From contig CM119265.1 of assembly GCA_051294375.1 (NCBI GenBank), positions 18,462,631-18,526,630 of the forward strand: 64,000 nt of DNA, written 5' to 3'. Shown one piece after another: positions 1 to 21,544 of this stretch; positions within the stretch are counted from its first letter, which is position 1, and every line of letters starts with the position of its first letter. The position numbers and the translations under genes were made by a program. Under the pieces are notes generated by a model. The model ran no database searches and was not told where the DNA came from. It worked only from the letters and a program-made list of their open reading frames with translations. This DNA is from Paraspadella gotoi (lineage: Eukaryota > Animalia > Chaetognatha).

Positions 1-461
1 TGGACAATTGTTTTGTTTTTATTTGGAGTAAGAGCGAAATAACTCTTCGGAATATGCAAAGATGCTACTCGCTCAATCGAAGAAAGACAACAAAAATGGG
101 CGACTTTGCTCTCCAATTGGAACGAGAGAGAATATGGAAATTTTTCAGTCATTTGCGCTCAACAAGTTTTTCCATTTATTTGTTTGTCTGTTACCGAAAA
201 AAAAAATTCTGTAGATGTGTCAGATTCGTCTTTGAGAAGTTCTTTTTCTTTTTTTTTTTTTTTTTTTTTGATAACCTTTTTAGTGACGGATGAAAATATG
301 GACGACAAAGGAAAAGGAACGAAAATGAAAATGATGATGACGACGACGACGACACGACTAATGAGACCTATGATGATTAAGCCTCCGACGGCGAAGACCG
401 AACGGCGTTTTTCGCGACGACCACCCTAACGAGGCTGACTCCACTTTCCATTAATCATGGC

Positions 462-463
462 TG

Positions 464-549
<86 letters not shown>

Positions 550-927
550 CTCACACAACACACACACACTTTTACTTCTTTTTTCTAAAAAATATTTCTG
601 TGGAGTTATATATCTCTTTTACTTTTCCATTTCTCATTTCTTATTCTTCTCCCACTTTGAAATGGTTACCTCTCTTATTCATTTTCTTCTCCCTATAATT
701 GAACTTGTTTTCACTCCCTTTCTATCCCTTGATTTTCATTCTCTGTCGAGCGGAACAAGAGGGAGAGAGAGAGAGAGAGAGAGGAGGAGAGAGAGAGAGG
801 GAGAGAGAGAGAGGTAGAGAGGAAGCTTCTCTCGTTCGGATATCCTCCGGCTGAGGGCCAAAGGGGAGAGGAAGGACTTCATTCGTTTTCCGTCCGCTAG
901 GCGACGAGAGATAGAGGAAGAGTGAGC

Positions 928-958
<31 letters not shown>

Positions 959-1020
959 AGAGAGAGGAAGAGAGAGCGAGAGCGAAAGAGAGGGGAAGTG
1001 AGAAAGAGAAAGAGAGAGAA
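462..1020. repeat. (CT)n / (CA)n / (GA)n microsatellite cluster
   Basis: Long (CT)n at ~462-552 followed by (CA)n, and imperfect (GA)n tracts at ~760-820 and ~925-1020. Confidence 0.95.
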
Positions 1021-2019
1021 GATGGATGGAATAATCTCCTTTTTTTCACGACTTTGGACGGAGAATAAATTTCCGAGTTCGACTCAAAAGTTTTTTGTTA
1101 TCGCGAAATAAAAAATGAGAAAAAGATCAAGACAGAGAAACGAAGAAAAGGGGAAAAAAGGAAAAGAAAGTTATTGTACACAATGAAGTAAATAGAGAAT
1201 GGAAATATTCGACCTTGAAAAGGAGATCGTGAAATCTCTAGACGTTTTCGCCAATGCGATCTTAAAATTCTTTCAAAATACACGTCTATGAGTATGTATG
1301 ATTATGTAGCATGAACTTTCACTAAATTAAAAAAAGCCGAATCAAAATAAAATATATAAAACAGAGCTAAGTCGCTGACTTATTAATTCTAACAGACACC
1401 AGTTCTTCTTATATATATAACCTTATTTAAAATTTTAACCAAATATAACGATTGGTATTCGAATCAAGGTCCCAAAAACTTTTCCTCGATTTCACGACGC
1501 AGGCCTAGAAACAAGAGGTCGCGTGCGTCGGTCGAGACTGACCGCTTTTGGTCCAAAAAAAAATTATCGAGCGGCCACCCCGTCGTTGGTTTGTTTGTCC
1601 AGTGTCAGTTTGTCCAGGGACGGAAACCCGTGTCAAGTGTTTGTCGTTCGTGCGGATAAGCGGTCGCCACTGGGAGGGGGGGGGAGAATCGGGAGGGGGC
1701 GTGTCAAAGCGATAAGGCGTAACAGCCATTCAAGGGGCAATCGAGAAATATTTTAGTTTTCTTTCGATCACGACGAAATAATCTTAACTAAACTTAACTA
1801 AATATAACAATCGATCAATCGATATCGAGAGTACGTGCCTTTAACGCGAAGCGCCCACATCCAACAGACCTCACCCGACCCACGGCCCCACCCAGGTAGC
1901 CCGAAGATGACTTACCTTTTGTCTCTACTTTTGACGAAAACCCAAAAATAAATCCGCGTCGACGTCATTTTTCGTGCGGCGGCGACGAACTGTCACGTCT
2001 CGAACTCGGGGTAAACAAG

Positions 2020-2062
<43 letters not shown>

Positions 2063-2360
2063 AGGGGCGTCGTAAAGTGCAGAAAAGGTAGGCAAGAGTG
2101 ATGAGTGAGGAGTGTTTAGTTTGGAGCTCGAATCAGACCCTCGGGGTCAGACGTTGCGTCGGAGATACCAGTAATGAATGTTTGGGGAGTTTTCAGATAA
2201 CGCGGTCATGCTTACTTGGCAAGCGTTAACTGTCAATGTTGAATGTTTGTTTAACTATACAATGTAAAGTGTAAAGCAACAGTCGAGCTTCTTCCCCAAG
2301 ATGCGTTCGGTTATCGCGAAAGAATTTGAATTCTACAATTTTTGACTCCGTTCTTTCCGT

Positions 2361-2484
2361 GAAATTGAAACCGTTTAAAAATCTAGATCGTTCAACGCAC
2401 TTCCTACTGAATCTCAATTGAAATTGAAATTAAAACCGTTTAAAAATCGAGATCGTTCAACGCACTGCCTACTGAATCTCAATT
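2361..2484. repeat. Two-copy tandem direct repeat (~60 bp)
   Basis: aaaccgtttaaaaatc(t/g)agatcgttcaacgcact(t/g)cctactgaatctcaatt occurs twice, separated by gaaatt repeats. Confidence 0.9.
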
Positions 2485-3009
2485 TAAGTCGACATAATTT
2501 TCTCCCCTTTTCGCGAAGCCAAATATTGGCAGGATAATCACTTTTACAGAGATTTCTGGGCGTCGCCGCTTTTCATCGCCTGGGCGGCTACCCGCTCTGC
2601 ACTGTGGTCCCTCGAGGCTGACCCACTCTGCGAACCCCCATGCCACCCCCGGCGAAGCGTTTGACCACCCGCTCTACGACTCCCGTTGGGCCACCCACCG
2701 GGGCCCGTAAATCTTCGCCAAGCCGCTTAGCCGCTGCTCCCCCCCCCACCCCTGGGGTGACGTCTTAATTTATCTTTGCCGACATTCCTCTCAAGTTCAC
2801 TTCTGAGCAAGAAAAATCTTATGATGCTTCCTCCGTCACCCTTTCACCGCCTTACCTTACCATACCATTCAACTTTCAACCTTCGACCTGCCACCCTTGG
2901 GAAGGGGGTGCCTCAGGAACTGCCACGGCCGAGTACTTCCGCCATACAACTACAGAGCAACTTCGTCGTACCCTTTGCGAGAGTAAATATGTTATAACTT
3001 TTTCTTCTC

Positions 3010-3580
<571 letters not shown>

Positions 3581-4446
3581 GTCAGGGTTCCAACGACGAT
3601 AGAAGCACAACTCCCGCGGGTTTGGAGGACGAGTCGTCGTCAACCGTCGCTCGCTTCTTTTTTTTTTCTCCACCCCCCCCAACCATGACAGTCCCAACCC
3701 CAACCTACCCGAGTCACAGGCTAGTCCCGCCCCCTTCTGCTTTTTTTCCCCCGCGAGTTTTCTTTTTCCTCGTTTGACTCCATGTTATTCTTTTTTTCAA
3801 AAGCGATATTTAAAGTTTTTAGTATGTTAAAAAATGATCCTAATGTCTATGCTACGCTTCAGATTATTTATAAACCGCGATGCATTGCACTTACTATATA
3901 AAATGTGAAAATTCTAAATGAGTTTTTTCTTAGTTTTGAAGCATAAATGAAAAAGTTGGTAAAGGAAAAGGTAAGTCTTTTTTAAAAAAACTATTTTTTT
4001 ATACTAAAATTGAATAAAAAAGGTCAATTATAAAAGTTTTTTCAAACTATGATCCACCTAATATAAATATTTTCTTAATAAATAATTATATTTCTTTATA
4101 TCAACTTTTGATAACATACTCAAATTTGCTTTTAGAAATAACGAAAAACTATTTGGAAATTTTGACATTTTATATAAAGCTGGTACAATTTGGTCCAATT
4201 TTAATTCTATATGACTTTTAAAATTTTTATTACAAAGTTTTGGATCCGCACGGCGAACCTTGTGTGTCTCTTCTTACTGGTCACTGTGTGTGTCACTTAG
4301 TGGTCAGTGGTCAGTCACTCTCGGATTCACGGGTCTTTCTCGATTTTTTAAACCTAACTAGCGATATAGAAAAAGATAAAAAATAAGCAAACTGATCACT
4401 TTGCTACTGTAATAGATTTATTGCAGTTGTATTAACAAATTCGTAT

Positions 4447-13882
<9,436 letters not shown>

Positions 13883-15488
13883 TATGCTGGAGGTTTTTTA
13901 AACGATGTTGTTCTGCTAGTTTTTAATGATTATGCACGGAAGAGAATTGACTTGGTCTTAACTCTTACGAAAACAAGGAAAGAACGCAGAGTAGGATTAA
14001 AATGTATCTTTTTTTTTTAAAGTAAAAAGATTAAATTTACTATTTAACCTTAAAATCGAACCAGATCTGTGTTGCGGATGAGGGATATCAAACTTTTCTC
14101 AGAGCGGATTGTGACGCGGAGTGACAGAGAAAGCTTGTATAGTGTTGTATAGTATAGTATTCTATACATTACAATGTATATACTATGTATACAATGGATA
14201 CAATTGGATACCATACAATGTATAGAGAGACCACTAGGTTAAACTCTCGCTCTTCTCCGGAGCCCCCAGCAAAATGACTGTTTTTAAGCACCCCAGCCAA
14301 CTCGCCTTCGTTTTGGCTCAGCAGTTCTTTAATTTTTACCTTTTATGAAGGTAAAAATGCAAACTGGAGCGGAAAACGGCTAATGCCTAATAGTTTAGAG
14401 GAATCTCTCTCCTCTCGTTTGTTGTAAATCAACCGGCGTCGTCCAGCCAGGGAAAAAAGTTCATTTAGAAATGGAGGAACAAAACGAGACAGAAGGCAAC
14501 TACTTCATAAAGTTCTACGCTCTTCTTCTTGAAAAGCTGACTTCATTTTCTCTTTTCTTCTTTCTCATTAGACTAGATGAAACCATTTCTCGTACTTGTT
14601 ACCTTCCTCCCCATTTCCCAATCCCTCTTATACTTATAGTCTTACTCCTTTCTTACTCCTTTCACCCCAAGTTCCCGACCAGACAGCGATAGTCACGCCC
14701 CTGGGATTAAGAAAGACATTCGACCGGGAAAGCTATTCTCATTCTGTAAGGCGACGTTAACCATAAATACAAAAACGAATTTTACAACAATTAATATCTT
14801 TCTAAGTTTACAAATTATCCAAGTATAGATTTTTCCATCCTTAATCATCCTTTTCTAATGAGGTTAGAGGTGTATTTCCATTTTCAAGTTACTAAATTTG
14901 GTTTACTAAAATAGGTGAGCTATAAAAGCAGTAACAAACAGTAACAAATACTTAAAATCCTCAATAGCGCGGGAAGACTACACAACGACCTTCTCCGACT
15001 AACAGCAATTTCTCTTTCAAGACGCATTACCCTAAATCCTAAATTTTAGTCTCGACGGCTTAACCTTGGGACAGCTTCACGCTTACCTGACTTCCCGTCT
15101 CGCGGGACTCCGATTTCTGAGTTGGGGGGCGTCTGCTCGTCAGGCTGATTAAAATTTACAATAAATAGCCGGAGTGAATCTTTAAAATTATCACTTACGA
15201 CATGGTTGCCATTTTTTTTCGTAATCGCCATTCTACGTATGTGTCCTCGTTGGTGAATCATCAACGCTTCCACGGCCCATATATGTGGGACGAGAAACGA
15301 CGGGGGAATGAGGAAGGGTGACGAAGTTTCTATTCATTATTCATGAAAGCGAGAAATAAGGAACGAGGTCGCGTCGAGAGGAAGATAGAGTCATTTATGG
15401 ATAATGGAGGATCCAATCTTAAAACCTCGACGGGGACGACGACTCCGTAAAAATATGAGCCAAAAACAAAGCGAAAAAAAAATTTATG

Positions 15489-15498
15489 NNNNNNNNNN
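15489..15498. other. Assembly gap (10 N)
   Basis: Run of n characters. Confidence 1.
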
Positions 15499-16350
15499 CA
15501 GGGCTAAGGATTGACAGGCATACTTTTCATTTCACCGAGCGGAACCGAACCGTTCGTATATTTTTTTATTCGCATATTGTGGCGGTATATTCACAACTTC
15601 TCACCTTCTGCTTCATTCAGCCAATCCCATTGGCTCAGAGGGGGAACACACCATCCCAAGCGTTGCGTTCCAATCCTCAGTCCTTACGATGTCCCTGTGT
15701 TGGCAAAGCGAGACCGTCCTAGAGTAACCGCGTCAGTGACAGATGGCGTCACTGAGGATAGGAAGCCCCCAATACAAAGTCAACAATGAGATGCCACATC
15801 CCAATGGGCATCACAGGCAACCCGTCGGTTGCCATAATATTATATTGAAACAACCAATATAAAAATTATCCATTCATTTAATAAATAGGCTATCTTGCCC
15901 CCGGCTTTGGTGGGTTAAGTTTAGGATTAAGGGAAGTGAGGGTTAGGGGTGTTACTGGTGTTGAGGTTTGTGTTTAAGCGCTTATAAGCAGAAAAAAAAT
16001 AACCGACCAAGATCATCCTAAACAGTGAATTTATAATTTTATCGATTGTCACAAAGCTAATTTATAATAAATAATAATAATAAAAAATAATAAATAACTA
16101 ACTCTTCTACTATCACGACAATGAATAATAACGAATCATGAAAACTTCAAGATATCGAATTATATTTTCAGGTGGTAAGAATAGTAATGACCACGAATTG
16201 AATTTAACAACGAGGCACGTAGAAAGTCAACTATGATGAGAATCGAGAAAATATTTATAATCACAATTCGAAAAAAACCGGGATAAAAGAGAGGAGACGC
16301 CATGGCGATGCGTTCATCCATGAGAGAAAAAAGATGATCGTCTTTTCCGT

Positions 16351-16764
16351 TCACTTTCCTATTCGTTGAACGACCCACTCTTGCTGGCAGAGGGGGCATC
16401 GATTATTCTGCTTCACCCAGAGACTCATGCAGCAATTGTGAAACGAGTGATTGCAGTCGCCCCACACTACGACGCAGTCATCGTGCTGTCGAAAAGAATG
16501 GAAAAAATGCAATGCAAACCACCCCAAACACATAATGATCACAGAAAAAACGCTCCTTACCTTGTTTTCGGCTTGACACCGTAGACAAGCGTCCATGACT
16601 TGGACGCGACAGATGGCGCAGGTGTCGCACTCCACGTCCCAACTCCACATCGCGACTCCGTTCCACTTTTTCAAGGTGAACATTTTGCCGGCGACGGCGG
16701 TGCCCGGCTTTTCTTTGTCCTGAATCATCGCGGCGTCGTCCATCGTTTCGTCGGGGTCAGCCAT
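16351..16764 (-). CDS. RNF7: RING-box protein 2 (RBX2/SAG)
   Basis: MFTLKKWNGVAMWSWDVECDTCAICRVQVMDACLRCQ...DCVVVWGDCNHSFHNCCMSLWVKQNNRCPLCQQEWVVQRIGK. One in-frame, stop-free 75-nt GT-AG intron at 16486-16560. Confidence 0.97.
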   Translation of the reverse strand: MADPDETMDDAAMIQDKEKPGTAVAGKMFTLKKWNGVAMWSWDVECDTCAICRVQVMDACLRCQAENKVRSVFSVIIMCLGWFALHFFHSFRQHDDCVVVWGDCNHSFHNCCMSLWVKQNNRCPLCQQEWVVQRIGK

Positions 16765-16823
16765 GATTTTTTTTGGTGATATCGACCGATTTGCCGTTAT
16801 TTTTTGTGCCGAGAAAACGGAGT

Positions 16824-17343
16824 TTAATCTTTCTTTCCGGATGTTTGATCGGTTCCGCCGAAAACTGACTTCTTTGCTTTCGACAGAGTGTCGGAAATCG
16901 AGCCTATTGTAAAAAGTTGATTATGTACAAAAAATTGTTTTTCACGATTCAACATTTAAAAAACCGAAACGAATGATCGCCGTAGACAAAGCCAAACTCA
17001 CCAGGAATAACGATTATGGCGGCAGTGGTAGACCGCACTGCTCTGTTCCAGGCGGTCTTGAACGCGCAATGGTAGGTTCCAAGATCAGGAAGCTTATTGG
17101 CCAAAGCACTCAAATCGGGGAAAACCTTGGCTACCTGAATTGATCCCCCCAAAAAATTACAAAAAACAATCGAGAGACGGTCATCCCTTCTTAGAGCGCT
17201 TTCTGCACCTGATTGGCGACGGGAAGGGAGTCAGACGCTTTGCCCCAAACGCCGAGTCTTACGGTCGCGTAAGTCAAGAGACACGGGATTCCCACTCGTC
17301 CACCAATTATCAAAGTTTTTTTCAATGCAGGAGGAATGGCCAT
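16824..17343 (-). CDS. MICOS13: MICOS complex subunit MIC13 (QIL1), 115 aa, 3 exons
   Basis: Exons 17343-17209, 17134-17002 and 16903-16824 give MAIPPALKKTLIIGGRVGIPCLLTYATVRLGVWGKASDSLPVANQ|VAKVFPD...FKTAWNRAVRSTTAAIIVIPG|SISDTLSKAKKSVFGG...KKD*. Has an N-terminal hydrophobic segment with Y-x-T-x3-GVWG, the conserved WN motif, and the size of MIC13. Confidence 0.8.
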
Positions 17344-17537
17344 CCCCTGACAACAAGAAGGCGTAACACGAAAAACGTTAACAACGAAAACAAGATAAAC
17401 ACGGCGTGGAGTAAAATTTCAATTGGTCTGGTTTTTTGAGGGAATTGAAGTTGTCTGTTTTATTAGTTTTCGTAATTGTCAACTTAAATAACCGATTGAA
17501 ATTATAACCAATATGGTTTCTATGATGAAAACACTAA

Positions 17538-18611
17538 TCAACTAATAAAATCATTCCCTTCAAAATTCACGTCCTCATTCTGCTCTGAGTCTTTGCATCG
17601 TCTCTGCAAAATCTCGGCCACGTCAGATAGGTGCACTTCTTCCCCAGTTTTCGTTTCCCGATGCATGATCCGGACAATTCCGTTCCCTTTTTGGCCAACG
17701 CCTTTGAGGTCGAGAAAGAACGGAACTCCCAGACCGTTGTTTTCTATGATGTTGGTCAGTCCTAGCGTCTCCATAGACTCACAGGGGACTCTACGTTTTT
17801 TCAATTCGTCATTGATATAGCTGGCAACTCGGCGATCTCCCTCGTGCAATTCGGCTAAAGGGATGACGACTTTGATAGGTACTAGCCGCAGGTCAAGGGC
17901 GAACTGCTGGCGGCGGCGCCAATGGTCATGTGCGTTGAGAAGGTAGGCTACTGCGGCGTTGGAGGGGGCGCTGCGCAATTCCAGTATTGTGGCACCAAAT
18001 GGATCTCGACCATAAGAAATAAGGCGTTCAACGATGACGTTGTCATCGGAAGAGGTTTCGTCGACGCGTCGCATCCGCTCGTCTCGTGAGTCACCCGGCA
18101 ATTCGCCCGGAGAAAAGCGCATCTCGCAGGAATCGTGAATACAAAAACTTCCGGGCGGTTCGACAAAGCGACGGTAAAACATTCGGCGATCTCGAAATAG
18201 GGCGCGAGTCGATCGGTCGCCCGACGGAAGATACAAAATGGTCGATCGACAGGAGATCGTCGACGGATGCCCGGGGGTTCTGTAGAGTGTCGAAGAGTCC
18301 ACGTCGTCGAGAACCTGGTCAACGGAGAAGGAAATTTTTCCCTTCGATGATTCTCGGGCAACCCTGATAGCCTGAACGGCGGATTTGACATGATCCTCGC
18401 AGAATGAACAGTTTCCGTCCAAGGAAGCGAGATAGTTGGAGACAGCGTTAGAGTCGAACCACGACTCAGCCTTTACGGACACCAGCGGAGTCCACGTCTT
18501 TAATTTTGCGAGACGGAGCTGCTCCTCGATGTTGCGACGCAAGGCGGTTAAATAAACCTCGTCGCCTAAGTGGTTGTACTTGCGCAGATGGCGCAACACG
18601 GAAGACAACAT
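17538..18611 (-). CDS. POLG2: Mitochondrial DNA polymerase gamma accessory subunit, divergent and intronless
   Basis: 357-aa ORF. The C-terminal anticodon-binding-like domain (LDLRLVPIKVVI...GVPFFL...NGIVRIMHRETKTGEEVHLSDVAEIL) matches the POLG2 pattern LxLHPxLAPIKV...NGLIxLRSRDTTxKExxHIS. Confidence 0.72.
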   Translation of the reverse strand: MLSSVLRHLRKYNHLGDEVYLTALRRNIEEQLRLAKLKTWTPLVSVKAESWFDSNAVSNYLASLDGNCSFCEDHVKSAVQAIRVARESSKGKISFSVDQVLDDVDSSTLYRTPGHPSTISCRSTILYLPSGDRSTRALFRDRRMFYRRFVEPPGSFCIHDSCEMRFSPGELPGDSRDERMRRVDETSSDDNVIVERLISYGRDPFGATILELRSAPSNAAVAYLLNAHDHWRRRQQFALDLRLVPIKVVIPLAELHEGDRRVASYINDELKKRRVPCESMETLGLTNIIENNGLGVPFFLDLKGVGQKGNGIVRIMHRETKTGEEVHLSDVAEILQRRCKDSEQNEDVNFEGNDFIS

Positions 18612-18917
18612 TTCGGTACGAGTAGGGACGAAGAAATATGTTGGAAGACAAGGTCTTGTTTCCTTGCCAAGTTAAGGAATAACCGGCTGGTGGGGGCAAA
18701 AGTATCGACGAAAAATTTAATTTAGCCATGTTTCTATCGGGACGATAGATCACGATGGGTTGGACCAGTTCTTCATTCTTGTATTTGACACTTTTTAACT
18801 ATAAAATATTTCGTAAATAAAAAATAAAATTTCATAATGATAATTAATGCAAAAGCGCGAATAAAAATTATATCTCATTCACTCATGACTTATAAAAAAA
18901 ATTTCATCATTTCCCTC

Positions 18918-20489
18918 TCAACGACTGTGCGTACGAGAGTCGCTAACGGACGAAGCTTTCTTGCTGACAGAAGGAGACGGCGATCCAGAGGCGTTAACCG
19001 ATCCACCCGGAGTCACCTTTGGCGAAGCCATCGAAGAGCCGTGATTTGACGAGGCTGGCGATCCCGTCGAACCCGGCGGCATGCGCTCGTTAGCGCGATC
19101 CAATCGCTTGGCTGCGTCGAAACGATCTGCCCTCGATTCCTTCAAAGACGCCTTCAAACCTTCCCGACCCTCGACCAGTGTCCCCGATGGGAGGGTATTG
19201 GTACCCGAGAGTCCTTTCAGCGTGTATACCGTTTCGGACTCCTCGCGGAGCGTGCTAAAAACTTTGGCCATTCTACCGACGGCGCGGATCTTGGCGCGGA
19301 TTTTGTTTTTTCTGTCCTCGTCGGGATAGTCGTCGTCGTCGTCGTCGCCCTCGAGTTCGTCGTCGCTGCAGACCTGGAGGACGGCAACCAAGATTTCTGT
19401 AACCTTCTCTGCGACGAAAGGCAGCGACCAAGTGAAGACGTCCATAAAATTGGGCAGCCAGTAAGGGTGCGGGCTGAAGTTAAACTGCCGAATGTTCATT
19501 ACCAGGTCCTTGTTGGGGTTTGCCTCGTACTTGAGAATGGCCGCCTTGTTGTTGTAAACATCGAGGTAGTTGGGCGCCGAGAAGATAGTGATAAGCGAGG
19601 GAAACCCAGTTGAAGAACATTTACGGTACATTCTGTAACCAGCGTCTTGCGCCTCGTGGGCTCGAATGACGGCAAGCAGGTTGTTGTGCGCCAAAAACTG
19701 GCAGCAAGCGCTAAAAGAGAAATAGTAAGAGCAACCGCGAACGGTGTTGTGGGTGAAGTGCTCGTTGGTCTTTTCGCTACCATAATCTTCGTGAGGATCG
19801 GCCCAAAGAATGTCGCACATCGGGCCAAAAGGCGGCGGCTCCCTAAATCGGTCGATCCGTCGGATGTCGTCGACGGTGTGGATCTCGGGCGACAGGCCAC
19901 CGTGGATGCAGAGGTACTGGTGGTTCATTACGGCCGCAAGAGGGAGGCAGTCGAACGAGGACATGCAGGCCTCGTACACCTTTTCCGAATATTTGACGAG
20001 GCATTCGGTCTTAAAGGTAAAGTACTCGCTGAGATGACGGCACTCATGATTGCCGCGTATCATGTAGAAGGTATCGGTGAAAAGAATTTTGAGGGACCAA
20101 AGATAAAGGACAATTTCTATGCTGAAGTTTCCCCGATCGACGTAGTCGCCAAGAAAAAGATAGCGCGTCCTTTCGGGCGCGCCCCCGACGTCAAAGAGCT
20201 TCATGAGATCGTAAAACTGGCCATGAACGTCGCCACAAACGGTTACCGGCGCCGTCACGTCTAGCACTGTCCTCTCACGGCCGAGCAAGGCGGTGCCTTC
20301 GTTGATAATACGTAAAGCGACGAGTTCCTCCACTCGACCCTCGCGGATGAAGTGCGCCTTGAGGACGTCGGGTCGTGGCTTTCCACGCGCGTCGTAGACC
20401 TGCTGCATTGTGAGGCGATTCGCAGGAGGAGGCGGAAACGTGTCCACGACGCGTTTGTTCACATCGATCGCTTTAGCGGGCCGCGCCAT
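18918..20489 (-). CDS. PPP3C: Calcineurin A (PP2B catalytic subunit), intronless
   Basis: PPP motifs GDVHGQ, GDYVDRG and RGNHE; [12 protein letters not shown]; CNB-binding [12 protein letters not shown]; CaM-binding [20 protein letters not shown]; autoinhibitory [16 protein letters not shown]. Confidence 0.98.
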   Translation of the reverse strand: MARPAKAIDVNKRVVDTFPPPPANRLTMQQVYDARGKPRPDVLKAHFIREGRVEELVALRIINEGTALLGRERTVLDVTAPVTVCGDVHGQFYDLMKLFDVGGAPERTRYLFLGDYVDRGNFSIEIVLYLWSLKILFTDTFYMIRGNHECRHLSEYFTFKTECLVKYSEKVYEACMSSFDCLPLAAVMNHQYLCIHGGLSPEIHTVDDIRRIDRFREPPPFGPMCDILWADPHEDYGSEKTNEHFTHNTVRGCSYYFSFSACCQFLAHNNLLAVIRAHEAQDAGYRMYRKCSSTGFPSLITIFSAPNYLDVYNNKAAILKYEANPNKDLVMNIRQFNFSPHPYWLPNFMDVFTWSLPFVAEKVTEILVAVLQVCSDDELEGDDDDDDYPDEDRKNKIRAKIRAVGRMAKVFSTLREESETVYTLKGLSGTNTLPSGTLVEGREGLKASLKESRADRFDAAKRLDRANERMPPGSTGSPASSNHGSSMASPKVTPGGSVNASGSPSPSVSKKASSVSDSRTHSR

Positions 20490-21544
20490 GATAAAGGTGA
20501 TAGAACAAGGGTTATCGTTTGATTTTGTTTGGATTTTATAGGAATTGGACTGGAGCTAAAAAAAGTAAAATGTATGAATCATAAAGTTACAAAATTTCAT
20601 ATTAAGTTAGTACGGAATCCTTAAGTTAAGGAATATAAATTAACTTCATTTGCATCAACATTTGTCATGAGTTATAAAACAAGTCGCAGGTTTTCAAAGC
20701 TGTGATCATTTTTGTTTTAAAAACGATGTTATTGTCATTCCTGTAAAAGAAACAAAAAAAATCAATAAATATCATTCAAACATTGCCCAAAAGTTGAGTG
20801 AAAGTTAGACATGCGACCAAAAGGAACTCTTTAGTTATTGTTTAAATATATAATAATAAAGCATACATCAATTAAAAATCTATAATTCAGAGTTACAATT
20901 TAAACGGCTATTATTATCTAGCACAGGTTGACTAGTGTCGATTATGAAAATATTAAGATATGAAAATTTTTAATTTTTAGAAATTATCTGGAAGATTTTA
21001 ACCAAGACCACAACAGGATAGAAGATGAGACGCAAAAATTTGTTCAATTTTAAATTTACCATCAAGCTGAGATACAAGCAGTATGAGTTGACTATCTAGG
21101 AAACAGAACTTTAAAAAAATACAAATTTGAAATCACCCTTTATGTTATCACAATAAAATTTATATATTCATGGCAAAGCAAACATTAGTTTGTCACGATC
21201 CATCACAATTATGATAATCATGGATTTAGACTCATCAATTGTATAATGTATGTATAAAATATAATATAATGGGAGAAAATTTAAATAAAGAGCATTTTTG
21301 CCTTTCATCTTTTTTGTTGTGTAGTCTTTAAAGTAAGTGTGCTATCAGTTACTTTAACATTACTACTGTTCAAAATTAATTTTCCCTTAATCGGCGATGT
21401 CTCCAGGAATGTTTGAAGATGATGCCCTTATATCATTTAATTATTCGCATAACAAAAACAACGATCTGGACTAAAAAACCGACTAAAAATAAAGCTAAGG
21501 GGAGAAATAATAATAGTGGGAGGGTGGTAAAAAAAAATTATCCT

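Noticed and set aside
14600-16020. Possible SINE/Helitron fragments around the gap (segment 15857-15900 resembles 61728-61775)
   Set aside because: The similarity is short and ends or TSDs could not be defined, so it is not called as a feature.
18466-18753. 95-aa ORF upstream of and overlapping POLG2
   Set aside because: No homology evident. Its ATG lies upstream of the acceptor at 18686 and would be removed.
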